Shown: piece by piece, positions 46,104-55,679 of the stretch
Numbering within the stretch: the stretch's first letter is position 1
Layout of the letters: each line of letters starts with the position of its first letter
Assembly (NCBI GenBank): GCA_041288095.1
Contig: JBGGMJ010000212.1
Location: 10,415 to 74,414 of the forward strand
DNA length: 64,000 bases
Direction of reading: 5' to 3'
Origin: Myxococcota bacterium
Lineage (GTDB): Bacteria; Myxococcota; XYA12-FULL-58-9; JALHOP01
The notes under the pieces: generated by a model
The model's database searches: none
What the model was told of the DNA's origin: nothing
What the model saw: only the letters and a program-made list of their open reading frames with translations
Made by a program: the position numbers and the translations under genes

Positions 46104-46415
46104 ATGGCTATCGTCGAACGCCGTGACACCGACGAGATGGTCGGTCACATCATGCAGCAGGAAGCGCAGCGTAAACTGTGGTTCATGCTGACGCTCGTTG
46201 GCTTCATCGTGACGACCGTCATCCTCTTCATGACCGCCGCGCCCGGTGGCGCCGACCTCGTCTTTTCCCTCGTCCTGAACGGCGGCTTCGCCGTTGCCAT
46301 GATCCTCTTCTATCGATCGCGCGTACGCGGCAAGGACCGCATCGGGATGGTCATGCCGACGATGCTCGCGGTGCTGAGCACCGTCCTCGTCTGGGTTCTA
46401 TCGCGCAAGTTCTAG
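46104..46415 (+). CDS. small 3-TM membrane protein
   Basis: RBS GAGGAGG; three hydrophobic segments. Confidence 0.7.
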   Translation: MAIVERRDTDEMVGHIMQQEAQRKLWFMLTLVGFIVTTVILFMTAAPGGADLVFSLVLNGGFAVAMILFYRSRVRGKDRIGMVMPTMLAVLSTVLVWVLSRKF

Positions 46416-49400
46416 CTACGGCGCGATGTAGAAGGCTTGCACGACGCCGAGCGTGTCGAGCGCCACGTCGACGAAGCCCGGCCGCGTGACGAAGCGCGGT
46501 CCGGTGCCAGTCGCGAGGTCCCCGTCCGCGTCAGCGGGCACCGTCTCCCAGGTCGTGATCGGCCGAATGACCGGCCGGCCGTTGCGCAGCGGCAGCACCT
46601 CGTCACCGCGCGCGTCCTGGAAAAGCGGATCGTCCGGCCAGTCGCTGGCGCGGACCCAATCCGTGGCACGGACGTAGACGACGACGGGGCGAGCGCCCCC
46701 GCCGGTGATCGGCACCGCCGACAAGGCAGGCATGACCGGCATGGTCACGACGACACCGCGCGGCGTCGCCGGATCGTCGAGCGACAAGCCACGGGCCACC
46801 GGGGTGCCGAGCTTGTGAACGATCCGGTAACGGACATCGTCCTGCGTGTCGGCGCCCAAGGCCACGTCGCCCGAGAACGCGATGGCTCGCGATAGCGGAC
46901 GGAGCTTCGCGTTCGTGGCCTGCGGCAATAGCGAAGCTCGCGCCTCGCTCATGAAGTCGCGCTGCTCGCCGGGCTGCCTGGGCTCGAGGTCGCCGTAGAA
47001 GCGGGTCATCAAGCGCTGGACCTTGGGCGTGCCGAAACGGTCGGCGGCGAAGTCGGCGCCGGGCCCCAAGACGTTGCCGGGCGGCAGCGCGCGCGACCAC
47101 GCGCCGAACGAGCTGATGCGATTGCCCAGAGCGACGCCCACCGTCTCCTGGAGCTCACTCGCGATGAACAGGTCGTTCACACCGTCGCGGTTCGAGTCGG
47201 CGAGACGAATCATGCGCCCTTCGCTCAGCGTGCCGACGTCACCCCAAGCCGAAAAGAACCCGGTTGCCTTGCCCTGGTCGGCAAGTCCGCTCGCCACCCA
47301 AACCCGGCGCGCGGCACCGGCACCAACCAGCGCGACGATATCGGAGATGCCGTCGTGATTGACGTCGGCGGCATGAATCGAGTTGGGCTGTCCGCCCCCG
47401 AGGACCGGTGACGTGCCCGGTATCGCCGAGAGCGCGCACGGCCCGAAGGTGATCCCGTACGTACGAATCTGGGTGTTGCCGCCGGCGGAGAGACCGAACG
47501 CCAGGTCCTGGAGGCCGTCGTCGTTGAAGTCCGCGACCGCTATGGCGGTGTGGACGGCGTTGACCACCAAGGGCGCGGCGCAGGCTCGCGAGAAAGTCCC
47601 GGTCGGCGCGCCGCCGCTCACGTTGGCTGTCAGAATCTCGATGTTGCTGTTGGCGCCGTTGTTGGCCGTCACCACCAGGTCGAGCACACCGTCGTTGTTG
47701 ATGTCCGCGGGCACGACTGCCATGAGCGACGCCAGGCCGGTGGTGATTGTCTCGTCGGCGTAGGAGCCCTGCCAGACGCCCCCGACGATCACGGGATGAT
47801 GGATACGGACATCGGGACCGCTGATCTCGATGAGCTCCGCCGGCCCGTCGCGGTTCAAGTCGAACGCATCCATGCGGAAGCTGAACAAGAAGTCGACCGC
47901 GGCGCTCGTGAGCACGGCGCGCGGCTGCAACCCGAAGGTTCCGGCACCTTGGCCGAGCTCGCCGAGCAGCACCCACTCGCGCTGCTGCAGGTCACCGTCA
48001 TGCGTCACCCCGTCGAGGAGACCGTCGCCATTCAAGTCGGCGATGAAGGGGGCGCGCAGCCCTCCTGAAATGTTCGCGTCGAAGAAACCGACGCCGGCTA
48101 GGCGCAAGCCGCCCGTCGCGTGCGTGAGGTCGGCGGTCGCCTGGAACACGAACGCGGCGTCGCTCTGCCTGTCGAGCCAAAGCGCGTCGAGCAAGCCGTC
48201 GCTGTCGACATCGGCGACCTCGAAGGCGTTGACGATGGCGCTGCCCGAAACCGTGTTGGGCGTGCCGAAAGCTCCGCTCCCCGCCGCTGGTGCCGGCTGC
48301 GGCGACAGATAGAGCACGTCGTCGCAGCCGCGACGCGCCACTACGATCTCGGAGCGTCCGTCCCCGGTCACATCCGCTGTTGCGTGCGACAACGGCGACG
48401 TGGTGAGGCAGCTGCTCACATCGATGGTCGATAGACGCTGCATTACCGGCGACGCGCCCGGAATCAATCGATCGATGCCGAGCACCTCCTGGTCGGTGGA
48501 CGTCACGAGGTCTTGACGCCCGTCGCCGTTGACGTCGCCAAAGCGGACGGTACGCGGACGGCCTTCGATGGCGGTGCCATTCACGCGCGCGAAGTCGCGC
48601 GTCGAGCTTCCCAAGAGCAGACCCGTGCGGCCGTTCTGCGCGAGCTCTGTCGCAGTGGCACCAAGGTCCGCGAAAGCATCCCCGTTGGCGTTGCCGCTGG
48701 CGAGCACCACGCCCTCTTCCTGGTCCACGACGGCATCGTCATCGACGGTGTAACGCAAGGCCGTGACCTGCACCGGCGTGCCGAGTCGTGGTCCTCCCGC
48801 GACCGAGGCTTGTCCGAACCAGACCATGATCGGCGCGAGCAGAGTCGGCGCCGCCGATGCCGTTGCGAGATCCGCGAAGCCGTCGCCGTCGAAGTCGCCG
48901 GCGGCGAGCTCGAAGATGTCGGTGGGCAGCCCGTAGGCGTTGGTGTCGAGCGTGAACGCTCCGGCGCCGTTGCCCAGGTAGAGACGCACCTCCTCGAAGT
49001 CGTTGATGACGAAGTCGATGTCGCCGTCGCCGTCGAAGTCGCCGGCGGTGATGTCTCTGTCCGGCGACGCGGGGCTGGTGACGTTGGTCCCCGCGAGGAG
49101 CGTCGAGGCCGGGGTGACGGCGCCGGGCACGCCGCGAAACGGACGAACCGTGGTACCGTCGACGCGGATCAAGAGGTCATCGGCTCCGTCGGCGTTGAAG
49201 CGCGTGACCGCCATCCTCGGCCTGTCGTTCGCAACGGCGATGACACCAAACCCGCCCAGCCCGGTCGACGAACCGAGCCGAAGCACCAGTTGCGTGCCGT
49301 TGAAGTAGGCGGCGTCCGCGAACCCGTCGGCGTTGAAGTCGCCCATCGCGACGGGGTCGATGACGCCCGCGAGCCCCTGGATGTCCTGCGTGAAGCCGGC

Positions 49401-50711
49401 GAGATTTCCAACAACCATCCCCATCCGGCCGGACACCGCGCCCAGTGTCGCCGGCAGCGGTGGATTCAAGCCGTCGCTTGCTTGAATGCGCAAGCGCACC
49501 AGATCGGGCTGGGCGTTGCCGATGTCGGCCACCGAGTCCCAGCGGAAGATGTGCACGATGCCCCGTCCCTCGGCGGTAGTTAGATCGTAGCGGCCGTGGC
49601 TCAGCTCGTCGGGATATTCGCTGCAAGGCGCCCAGAGGAGCTCATCGTCCATCGCGTATTCGACGGTGATGTCGACCAAGTCGGCCTCGGCGTCCGACAC
49701 TCGATACTCGACGCTGATCGCGCCCGAGATGCCGTCGATCAAGCCACCTTGCGCGAAGATGCCCTGCACGATCGGAGCCGTCTGGTTGTCGACCGACAGG
49801 GTCACGACCGACCATGCTCCGTAATCGCGGACGCCGTCGATCTCGTCGTAGGCACGCATGCGCAAACCCACCGCTGTCTCCGTGCGCGCGCCGATGCCGC
49901 CGACGAGGAGAGGTGCCTCGCTATCCCACACCAAGACGTTCTCGCGCCCGTCGCTCTCGAGGTCCGCGACGACACCGACGCGCAACCGCGCATCCCGCCA
50001 GACATCTAGGTCGTCGAGACGGTACTGGATTTCCACGTTCGCGGGATCGAACGCGGTGTCGGTCACACGGAACTCTACCGGGATGTCGCCGCGGAACGTG
50101 CGGGTGTCGAGCAGGACCTCGGTGGCTGGCGCGTCGTTGCCCGCGCCCACGATGCTGGTCGTGAAAGTCTGTCCGGCGAGAGCGGGCGAGCCGTCGTCCG
50201 TAGGGGTCGCGCGCGCCGCGAAGGTCGGCGTGTAGGCCACGACGTCGACGTCGCCGACCTCGTCACCATCGGTGTCTGCTTGCCGCACCGTGAGGCCACA
50301 GCCCCCGGTGGCCTCGTTCACGAGATCGAGCAGGACGCGATAGTCCACGCCGTCGCTCGACGCGGAAAGGTCGTTGACCCCGTTCGCCGTGGAAGCAAGG
50401 CACCAAATGCTCTGATCGCGTGAGTATTCGACGGCGAGGGACACGCGGTCGTCGCCGAAAGGCGCGGCGTTGGCGTCCCGCACCGTGATATCGAGCTCGA
50501 CCTCGCGCGTCACGCGCTCGATGTCCGCGATAGCGACACCGGGCGCGAGGTTCCCTTGACCCTCGGCGCAGCTATTGGTCACCGGATTGCAGCGCGACCC
50601 TTCGGGACAATCGTCATCATCGGCACAGGTGACGATGACGCCTTCGGGAATTCCCAGGTCGACGGAGCACGACGCCAAGAGCAAAGCGGGTAAGCAATGA
50701 CGGAAGCGCAT
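46416..50711 (-). CDS. giant FG-GAP/VCBS repeat lipoprotein with Cys-rich N-terminal module
   Basis: LLASC lipobox; many GDFNADGFAD / GDFDGDGDID / ADVNHDGISD repeats. Confidence 0.9.
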   Translation of the reverse strand: MRFRHCLPALLLASCSVDLGIPEGVIVTCADDDDCPEGSRCNPVTNSCAEGQGNLAPGVAIADIERVTREVELDITVRDANAAPFGDDRVSLAVEYSRDQSIWCLASTANGVNDLSASSDGVDYRVLLDLVNEATGGCGLTVRQADTDGDEVGDVDVVAYTPTFAARATPTDDGSPALAGQTFTTSIVGAGNDAPATEVLLDTRTFRGDIPVEFRVTDTAFDPANVEIQYRLDDLDVWRDARLRVGVVADLESDGRENVLVWDSEAPLLVGGIGARTETAVGLRMRAYDEIDGVRDYGAWSVVTLSVDNQTAPIVQGIFAQGGLIDGISGAISVEYRVSDAEADLVDITVEYAMDDELLWAPCSEYPDELSHGRYDLTTAEGRGIVHIFRWDSVADIGNAQPDLVRLRIQASDGLNPPLPATLGAVSGRMGMVVGNLAGFTQDIQGLAGVIDPVAMGDFNADGFADAAYFNGTQLVLRLGSSTGLGGFGVIAVANDRPRMAVTRFNADGADDLLIRVDGTTVRPFRGVPGAVTPASTLLAGTNVTSPASPDRDITAGDFDGDGDIDFVINDFEEVRLYLGNGAGAFTLDTNAYGLPTDIFELAAGDFDGDGFADLATASAAPTLLAPIMVWFGQASVAGGPRLGTPVQVTALRYTVDDDAVVDQEEGVVLASGNANGDAFADLGATATELAQNGRTGLLLGSSTRDFARVNGTAIEGRPRTVRFGDVNGDGRQDLVTSTDQEVLGIDRLIPGASPVMQRLSTIDVSSCLTTSPLSHATADVTGDGRSEIVVARRGCDDVLYLSPQPAPAAGSGAFGTPNTVSGSAIVNAFEVADVDSDGLLDALWLDRQSDAAFVFQATADLTHATGGLRLAGVGFFDANISGGLRAPFIADLNGDGLLDGVTHDGDLQQREWVLLGELGQGAGTFGLQPRAVLTSAAVDFLFSFRMDAFDLNRDGPAELIEISGPDVRIHHPVIVGGVWQGSYADETITTGLASLMAVVPADINNDGVLDLVVTANNGANSNIEILTANVSGGAPTGTFSRACAAPLVVNAVHTAIAVADFNDDGLQDLAFGLSAGGNTQIRTYGITFGPCALSAIPGTSPVLGGGQPNSIHAADVNHDGISDIVALVGAGAARRVWVASGLADQGKATGFFSAWGDVGTLSEGRMIRLADSNRDGVNDLFIASELQETVGVALGNRISSFGAWSRALPPGNVLGPGADFAADRFGTPKVQRLMTRFYGDLEPRQPGEQRDFMSEARASLLPQATNAKLRPLSRAIAFSGDVALGADTQDDVRYRIVHKLGTPVARGLSLDDPATPRGVVVTMPVMPALSAVPITGGGARPVVVYVRATDWVRASDWPDDPLFQDARGDEVLPLRNGRPVIRPITTWETVPADADGDLATGTGPRFVTRPGFVDVALDTLGVVQAFYIAP

Positions 50712-50747
50712 TCTCCCGCCTTTTTACCCTCAAACCGGGGAGCAGGC

Positions 50748-51395
50748 CTATGACCGCGTGAACACCACGTGGGTCGCCTTTTCGGTGGCAGCGTGCTCGC
50801 TCACGCGATAGCCGAGCTTCGGCAGATCGATACCTCGCAAGAGGTGCTCACCCTTGCCCAAGACGACCGGTGACACGACGAGGTGGAGCTCATCGATGGC
50901 GCCCGCCTCCAGGTAATGGCGAACGGTCGCGACTCCTCCACCGACGCGAATGTCTTTCGCGCCCGCCGCCTCCTTCGCTCGCCGCATGGCCTCATCCGGT
51001 CCGCCCGTCACGAAGTGGAACGTCGTGCCACCCTTCATCTCGAACGACTTGCGCGCATGGTGCGTGAGCACGAAGACCGGCACGTGGTACGGCGGTTCCT
51101 CGCCCCACCAACCTTGCCACGACTCATCGGGCCACGGTCCGCGCACGGGGCCGAACATGTTGCGGCCGAGGATCCAAGCGCCGAGGCCCGCCATGCTGCG
51201 CTTCGCAAAGTCGTCGTCGACCCCGGTCGTTCCCTCGTCGCGCCCACCAAACATGGTGTGGAAGGTCCGGGTCGTGACCATCCAGCCATGGAGCTGTTCG
51301 CCGCGCTCTCCCATTGGCTTGTCCAAGGTCTGGCTCGAGCCGGCGCCATAGCCGTCGAGCGAGATGGTGAAAGCGTTCACACGTACTTTGCTCAT
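50748..51395 (-). CDS. dihydrofolate reductase / RibD C-terminal family protein
   Basis: ISLDGYGAG, ILGRNMF, PVFVLTH, VGGGVATV, IDELHL. Confidence 0.92.
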   Translation of the reverse strand: MSKVRVNAFTISLDGYGAGSSQTLDKPMGERGEQLHGWMVTTRTFHTMFGGRDEGTTGVDDDFAKRSMAGLGAWILGRNMFGPVRGPWPDESWQGWWGEEPPYHVPVFVLTHHARKSFEMKGGTTFHFVTGGPDEAMRRAKEAAGAKDIRVGGGVATVRHYLEAGAIDELHLVVSPVVLGKGEHLLRGIDLPKLGYRVSEHAATEKATHVVFTRS

Positions 51396-51434
51396 GCGGA
51401 CTCCTCGTAGTGCCAGCGTGGCTCAGGGCCCCGC

Positions 51435-51461
51435 GAAACGGGCCCCCTTACCCCGCGATAA
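51435..51461 (+). promoter_or_regulatory. sigma28-like promoter motif variant GAAAC-N14-CGCGATAA
   Basis: 8 nt before ATG 51470. Confidence 0.4.
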
Positions 51462-51469
51462 CCGGTTCC

Positions 51470-52051
51470 ATGAACCAGGCAATCGCGACTCCAACCGGCC
51501 AGGGTATCGCCCTCGCGGGGCTAGCGACCGAACATCTGCCAGCGACCGTACCGCCGGGTCCCGGCGAGCCGCTTCCTCCGCCAAAACCTTCGTGGCTGCA
51601 AGACGTCATGGCGAGCGACGCCGGCGTCGGCCTCAAGCGTTGGATGAACGGCATTGGCGCGGGCCTCGGGTACATCGCACCGGCCGCCATGGTCCTCGGT
51701 AGCGCCTACTACACGAGCCACATGCCCGGCAGCTACAGCGACGTCGCCACGGCAGCCGCGGTCGTAAGCATCGGTGGCAGTGTCTTACAGGCCGTCTATC
51801 AGGGTTGGGACGGCGACGGCGCCATCGATACCTATCGCAAAGCGCAACACCCGAACCCGCGTTGGGCGAGCTTCCGCGATGTCATGGGCTACTTCGCGCT
51901 CCCGGCGATTGTCGCGAGCACCCTCGTCGGCGCCTTCGTCAGTCCAGGCCTAGGCATCGCCGCGGGTACCATCACGGCGCTCGGCGGCATGAGTCTCGCC
52001 CTGACGACGCACTTCTACAGGATAGAGAAGTACGGCAGCCGCGACCTCTAG
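51470..52051 (+). CDS. hypothetical membrane protein with Pro-rich N-terminal tail
   Basis: MNQAIATPTGQG...PPGPGEPLPPPKP followed by about four Gly/Ala-rich hydrophobic segments. Confidence 0.65.
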   Translation: MNQAIATPTGQGIALAGLATEHLPATVPPGPGEPLPPPKPSWLQDVMASDAGVGLKRWMNGIGAGLGYIAPAAMVLGSAYYTSHMPGSYSDVATAAAVVSIGGSVLQAVYQGWDGDGAIDTYRKAQHPNPRWASFRDVMGYFALPAIVASTLVGAFVSPGLGIAAGTITALGGMSLALTTHFYRIEKYGSRDL

Positions 52052-53070
52052 ACGGGCGGCGGATTGCGCTCGGCGAAGTCCGTGCGTTGGTGCCAGTACG
52101 GGTAGATCGGTGTCACGGCGCTCGCTTCGTCGAGACGCTTCACCTGCTCGGCGCTGAGCGACCAGCCGATGCATGCGAGGTTCTGCTCGAGCTGTTCCGC
52201 GGTGCGTGCGCCGATGATCACCGACGACACGGTGGGGCGCTGTAACACCCAGTTGAGCGCGACCTGCGCGACCGACTTGCCGGTCTCCTTGGCGAGCACA
52301 TCGAGCACGTCGACGATCTTGTAGACGTGCTCGTTGGGCACTGGGGGCCCCACCGTCTTGTGCAAGCGACTCTCCGCCGGCAGCGGCTGGCCACGGCGCA
52401 GTTTGCCGCCCAGCCTTCCCCAACCGAGCGGGCTCCACACCATCGTGCCGACCCCTTGGTCGAGCCCGAGCGGCATGAGCTCCCATTCGAATTCGCGGCT
52501 GATGAGCGAGTAGTAAGCTTGGTGCGCCGCGTAGCGCGGCCAGCCATATCTGTCCGCGATAGCAAGCGACTTCATGAGGTGCCAGCCCGAGAAGTTCGAG
52601 CACGCGACGTAGCGGACCTTGCCGCTGGTCACCAGCGCGTCGAGCGCCTTCAAGACCTCTTCGATGGGCGTCTGCGCATCGAAGCCGTGGAGGTGGTAGA
52701 TGTCGATGAAGTCGGTGCCGAGCCGCTTGAGCGAAGCCTCGCAGGCGCTGACGAGATGGTAGCGCGATGAGCCCAAGTCATTCGGGCCATCACCCATCTT
52801 GAAAGTCGCTTTGGTCGAGATGATGGCGTTCGGGCGGCGCTTGCCGAGGGCCTTGCCCAAGATCTCCTCCGCGAGCCCGCGCGAGTAGACGTCGGCGGTG
52901 TCGAAGAAGTTGCAGCCTACCTCGAAGCACATGTCGATGAGGCGCGTGGCCTCGGCGACATCGCTAGCGCCCCACGCCTTGAAGAACTCGTTACCACCAC
53001 CGAAGGTCGCGGTGCCGAAGCAGAGCGCCGGCACCTTGAGACCCGAATTGCCTAACCGACGAAAATCCAT
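52048..53070 (-). CDS. aldo/keto reductase
   Basis: LGNSGLKV, FFDTADVYS, SLKRLGTDFIDIY, GKVRYVACSNF. Confidence 0.95.
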   Translation of the reverse strand: MDFRRLGNSGLKVPALCFGTATFGGGNEFFKAWGASDVAEATRLIDMCFEVGCNFFDTADVYSRGLAEEILGKALGKRRPNAIISTKATFKMGDGPNDLGSSRYHLVSACEASLKRLGTDFIDIYHLHGFDAQTPIEEVLKALDALVTSGKVRYVACSNFSGWHLMKSLAIADRYGWPRYAAHQAYYSLISREFEWELMPLGLDQGVGTMVWSPLGWGRLGGKLRRGQPLPAESRLHKTVGPPVPNEHVYKIVDVLDVLAKETGKSVAQVALNWVLQRPTVSSVIIGARTAEQLEQNLACIGWSLSAEQVKRLDEASAVTPIYPYWHQRTDFAERNPPPV

Positions 53071-53239
53071 GGCGCCGTGAAAGCGCGGTTTGCGATCGCG
53101 CGCAAGAGGTCGCGGAGCAGGCATGCGACGTGCGCGCGACGCCCGCGCCAAGGAGGGCAAATCGCACATGCGCGACAGCGGAGTGTGGCGCTCCGCATCA
53201 CCGCGACCGCCGGAATGGCCAATCTCGAGCAGTCGCGCG

Positions 53240-53255
53240 CGGCGCGGTGCTTGCA
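53240..53255 (+). promoter_or_regulatory. sigma54 -24/-12 promoter
   Basis: CGGCGCGGTGCTTGCA, GG-N10-GC spacing, about 30 nt before ATG 53285. Confidence 0.55.
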
Positions 53256-53284
53256 CACGCCCTTCGCAAACTGGAGGGTTTTAC

Positions 53285-53575
53285 ATGGGAGCTTTTGATC
53301 CACTGTTTCGCGGTAGGCGTCGTAGCTTCGGCCGTCGGGCCGCGCCCGGCATGATGATGGGCGGCGGCAAGATTGGCAGCTTGGTCGGCCTCGCTGGTCT
53401 GGGGTACGCCGCGTATCGGTTCTTGCAGACCGAGCGTGGCCGCGCCGTGCAGAGCAACGTCGTCGAGCACGTCCGCAACTTCGGAGAGCGCGTCCGCGCG
53501 CAATCCGAGGACCTCGGCACGCGCTGGTCCAAGTCGAAGTCAGGCGCGAGCGACCTCGGCGAAACACAGCTCTAG
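53285..53575 (+). CDS. small hypothetical protein with one TM segment
   Basis: RBS GGAGG; IGSLVGLAGLGYAAYRFL. Confidence 0.65.
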   Translation: MGAFDPLFRGRRRSFGRRAAPGMMMGGGKIGSLVGLAGLGYAAYRFLQTERGRAVQSNVVEHVRNFGERVRAQSEDLGTRWSKSKSGASDLGETQL

Positions 53576-53707
53576 GACCGCTAGGGCGGACAGCGGCCGT
53601 GCCCACACGGCCGCCTGTCCAGAGCCCCACCGCCTTGACCATTGTCGGCGCGCCAGGTCGTCCCCATCTTGGCGCCCGTAGTACGAAACTCAACGGGGGA
53701 ATAATCA

Positions 53708-54295
53708 ATGTTGCGACACACTGCATCCGTTCTAGCGATCACCGCCGGCCTATGCGCGGGCGCCTGCGACCAAAACAAGAAGGACACCGACGCTCGGCCG
53801 ACGACGTCGGCGTCGACCACCACCACCGGAGCGCGCACGACGAGCGACAGCAATGCGCTCGCCATGATCAACGCCTTGAACCAGGGCGAAATCGACCAGG
53901 CGAACGCGGCGATCCCGAAGCTCGCGCATGATGACGCGAAGGACTTCGCGGACATGATGCTCAAGCATCACAGCGAGGCCCTCGCCAAGGTCTCGACCAT
54001 CGTGATCGAGCAGAAGATGACGATGTTGGACAACGCGACCTCGACGGCCATGAAGCGCGACAGCGCCGACCTCGTCGGTAAGATGTCGACAGCCACCGCC
54101 GGCCCGGTCTTCGACCGCATGTACATGCAGGCGCAGGTCGACGGTCACACCAAGGCGCTGCGGATGATCGACAATGACATCCTGCCGAACATCGACAACA
54201 TGACCTTGAAGAACACGGTGACGGAGATGCGCCGCCAAGTGCAGGAGCACCTCGCCAAAGCTCAGGGCATTCTCGGAACCATGCCGGCGACCTGA
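53708..54295 (+). CDS. DUF4142 domain lipoprotein
   Basis: Lipobox AGAC; GEIDQA, KDFADMMLKHH, FDRMYMQAQVDGH, QEHLAKA. Confidence 0.9.
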   Translation: MLRHTASVLAITAGLCAGACDQNKKDTDARPTTSASTTTTGARTTSDSNALAMINALNQGEIDQANAAIPKLAHDDAKDFADMMLKHHSEALAKVSTIVIEQKMTMLDNATSTAMKRDSADLVGKMSTATAGPVFDRMYMQAQVDGHTKALRMIDNDILPNIDNMTLKNTVTEMRRQVQEHLAKAQGILGTMPAT

Positions 54296-54297
54296 CC

Positions 54298-54759
54298 TTA
54301 TTCGCCAGACTCGCCCGGCTCACTCCCGGCGAAACGTACACTGTCGACGAGCGCGAGAGCCTTCGCCTCGTCGGCGGTGTCGTCGAAGTAGATGCTCATC
54401 TGCAGGTGGCCCACATCGCTGACCGCGAAAGCGTTCAAGCTCTCGACGTTACCTTCGGGCCCGACGTCCCGCAGACGGTAGGCGAAGTACGCAATATCGC
54501 CGTCGTCCTTGTTGAGCACGACCCTACCGTCGGGATCCATTTCGCGCTTCAAACCCTTGAGCCGGCGTTGCCGCGACTGCTCCTCTTCGCCCTCGCCCCA
54601 GGCCGAGATCCACATGGTGAAGCCCGGGCGCCAGAACACCAGGTTCTCGTCTTCCATGCGGCGCGCCATCGGCTCGGGCAGCGTCAAGGCCCACTCCGCC
54701 GTGAGCTCCTGAAAACCTTCGAGGACCGGGTACCCGGAGGGTGGCCATTGTTTTGCCAT
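54298..54759 (-). CDS. hypothetical protein
   Basis: Coding-like ORF (LVFWRPGFTMWISAW...GHLQMSIYFDD). Confidence 0.7.
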   Translation of the reverse strand: MAKQWPPSGYPVLEGFQELTAEWALTLPEPMARRMEDENLVFWRPGFTMWISAWGEGEEEQSRQRRLKGLKREMDPDGRVVLNKDDGDIAYFAYRLRDVGPEGNVESLNAFAVSDVGHLQMSIYFDDTADEAKALALVDSVRFAGSEPGESGE

Positions 54760-54807
54760 GCGTTGGAGTTAGCACGACGCGTGGACTCCGTGTAGCACTG
54801 GTGTGCG

Positions 54808-55245
54808 ATGACCAACACCAGCTCGACGGCCACGACCCACCTCATCTTGTCGCTCGCTCTACCCTTTGGCGCGGCCATGGTCTTCGCGGTCTTGGTGTAC
54901 CTCGTGCCGGTGCAACCCATGGCGCCGGAGATGGTCTTCATGTTCCTCGGTGGCGCCGCCGTCCTCGGTATCGTTGGTCCCGCGATGGGGCGATTGATGC
55001 GCGCCAAGATCGGGCAACCCGAGACCCTCCAAGCCTACCTGCGGCAGTCGCTGACGCCGACCCTGGTCAGCTTGGCGATCCGCGAAGCGGGCGTGATCAT
55101 GGCCGCGCTCTATGTCCACTTTGGCGGAGTGGCCATCCGTGGCATCGCCGTCGCCGGCGTCATCATCCTCACCATGTTGATCGACGTGCGCACACCCGGA
55201 CGGGTTCGGGCCGAATACGAGCTGCTCACCGGACGTCGCGCTTAA
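54808..55245 (+). CDS. hypothetical 4-TM membrane protein
   Basis: Four hydrophobic segments. Confidence 0.65.
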   Translation: MTNTSSTATTHLILSLALPFGAAMVFAVLVYLVPVQPMAPEMVFMFLGGAAVLGIVGPAMGRLMRAKIGQPETLQAYLRQSLTPTLVSLAIREAGVIMAALYVHFGGVAIRGIAVAGVIILTMLIDVRTPGRVRAEYELLTGRRA

Positions 55246-55679
55246 GGAGCTTTGCCGGCCCGCGCCCGCTCGACCAGCGACCGCAACAGAACGCCGCTCC
55301 CCGACAGCTCCGACTCGAACCACATAAGGGCGTCATCGATGCTGGCGTGCGTCGAGCGCACGACACCGGCGCGTGCCGGAGCGAGGAGCTGAATCGCCAT
55401 GTTGACGCCGCGTGCGATCGTGGACTCGGAGACGAAGGCGAAGCGCATTCGCGAGAAGCGATCGGCTCCGCCCGCGATGGCCCGCCGGTGGTTGTTACTC
55501 GGCGGACCGCTGTTGCCGACGTACATGAGGACGTGGGCGTCACGGTCGGTGCGCCGTTGCGCCAGGTCGCCGAACTCGTGGATGACGGAGACCAGCTTGG
55601 CGTAGTCCACTTGCTCGGCGCGGCCCAACAGCATCGCGACCAGCGACAGACCCGGTTCGTCGTAGGCGTAGCCCAACAT
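55242..55679 (-). CDS. hypothetical STAS/SEC14-like small protein
   Basis: PPSNNHRRAIA...FAFVSESTIARGV...DDALMWF pattern; TGATG coupled to the upstream gene. Confidence 0.6.
   Translation of the reverse strand: MLGYAYDEPGLSLVAMLLGRAEQVDYAKLVSVIHEFGDLAQRRTDRDAHVLMYVGNSGPPSNNHRRAIAGGADRFSRMRFAFVSESTIARGVNMAIQLLAPARAGVVRSTHASIDDALMWFESELSGSGVLLRSLVERARAGKAP

Noticed and set aside
46416..50711. FG-GAP protein as a Tc toxin B subunit or Rhs toxin
   Set aside because: No SpvB, YD/RHS repeats or toxin core seen; it has a lipoprotein signal.
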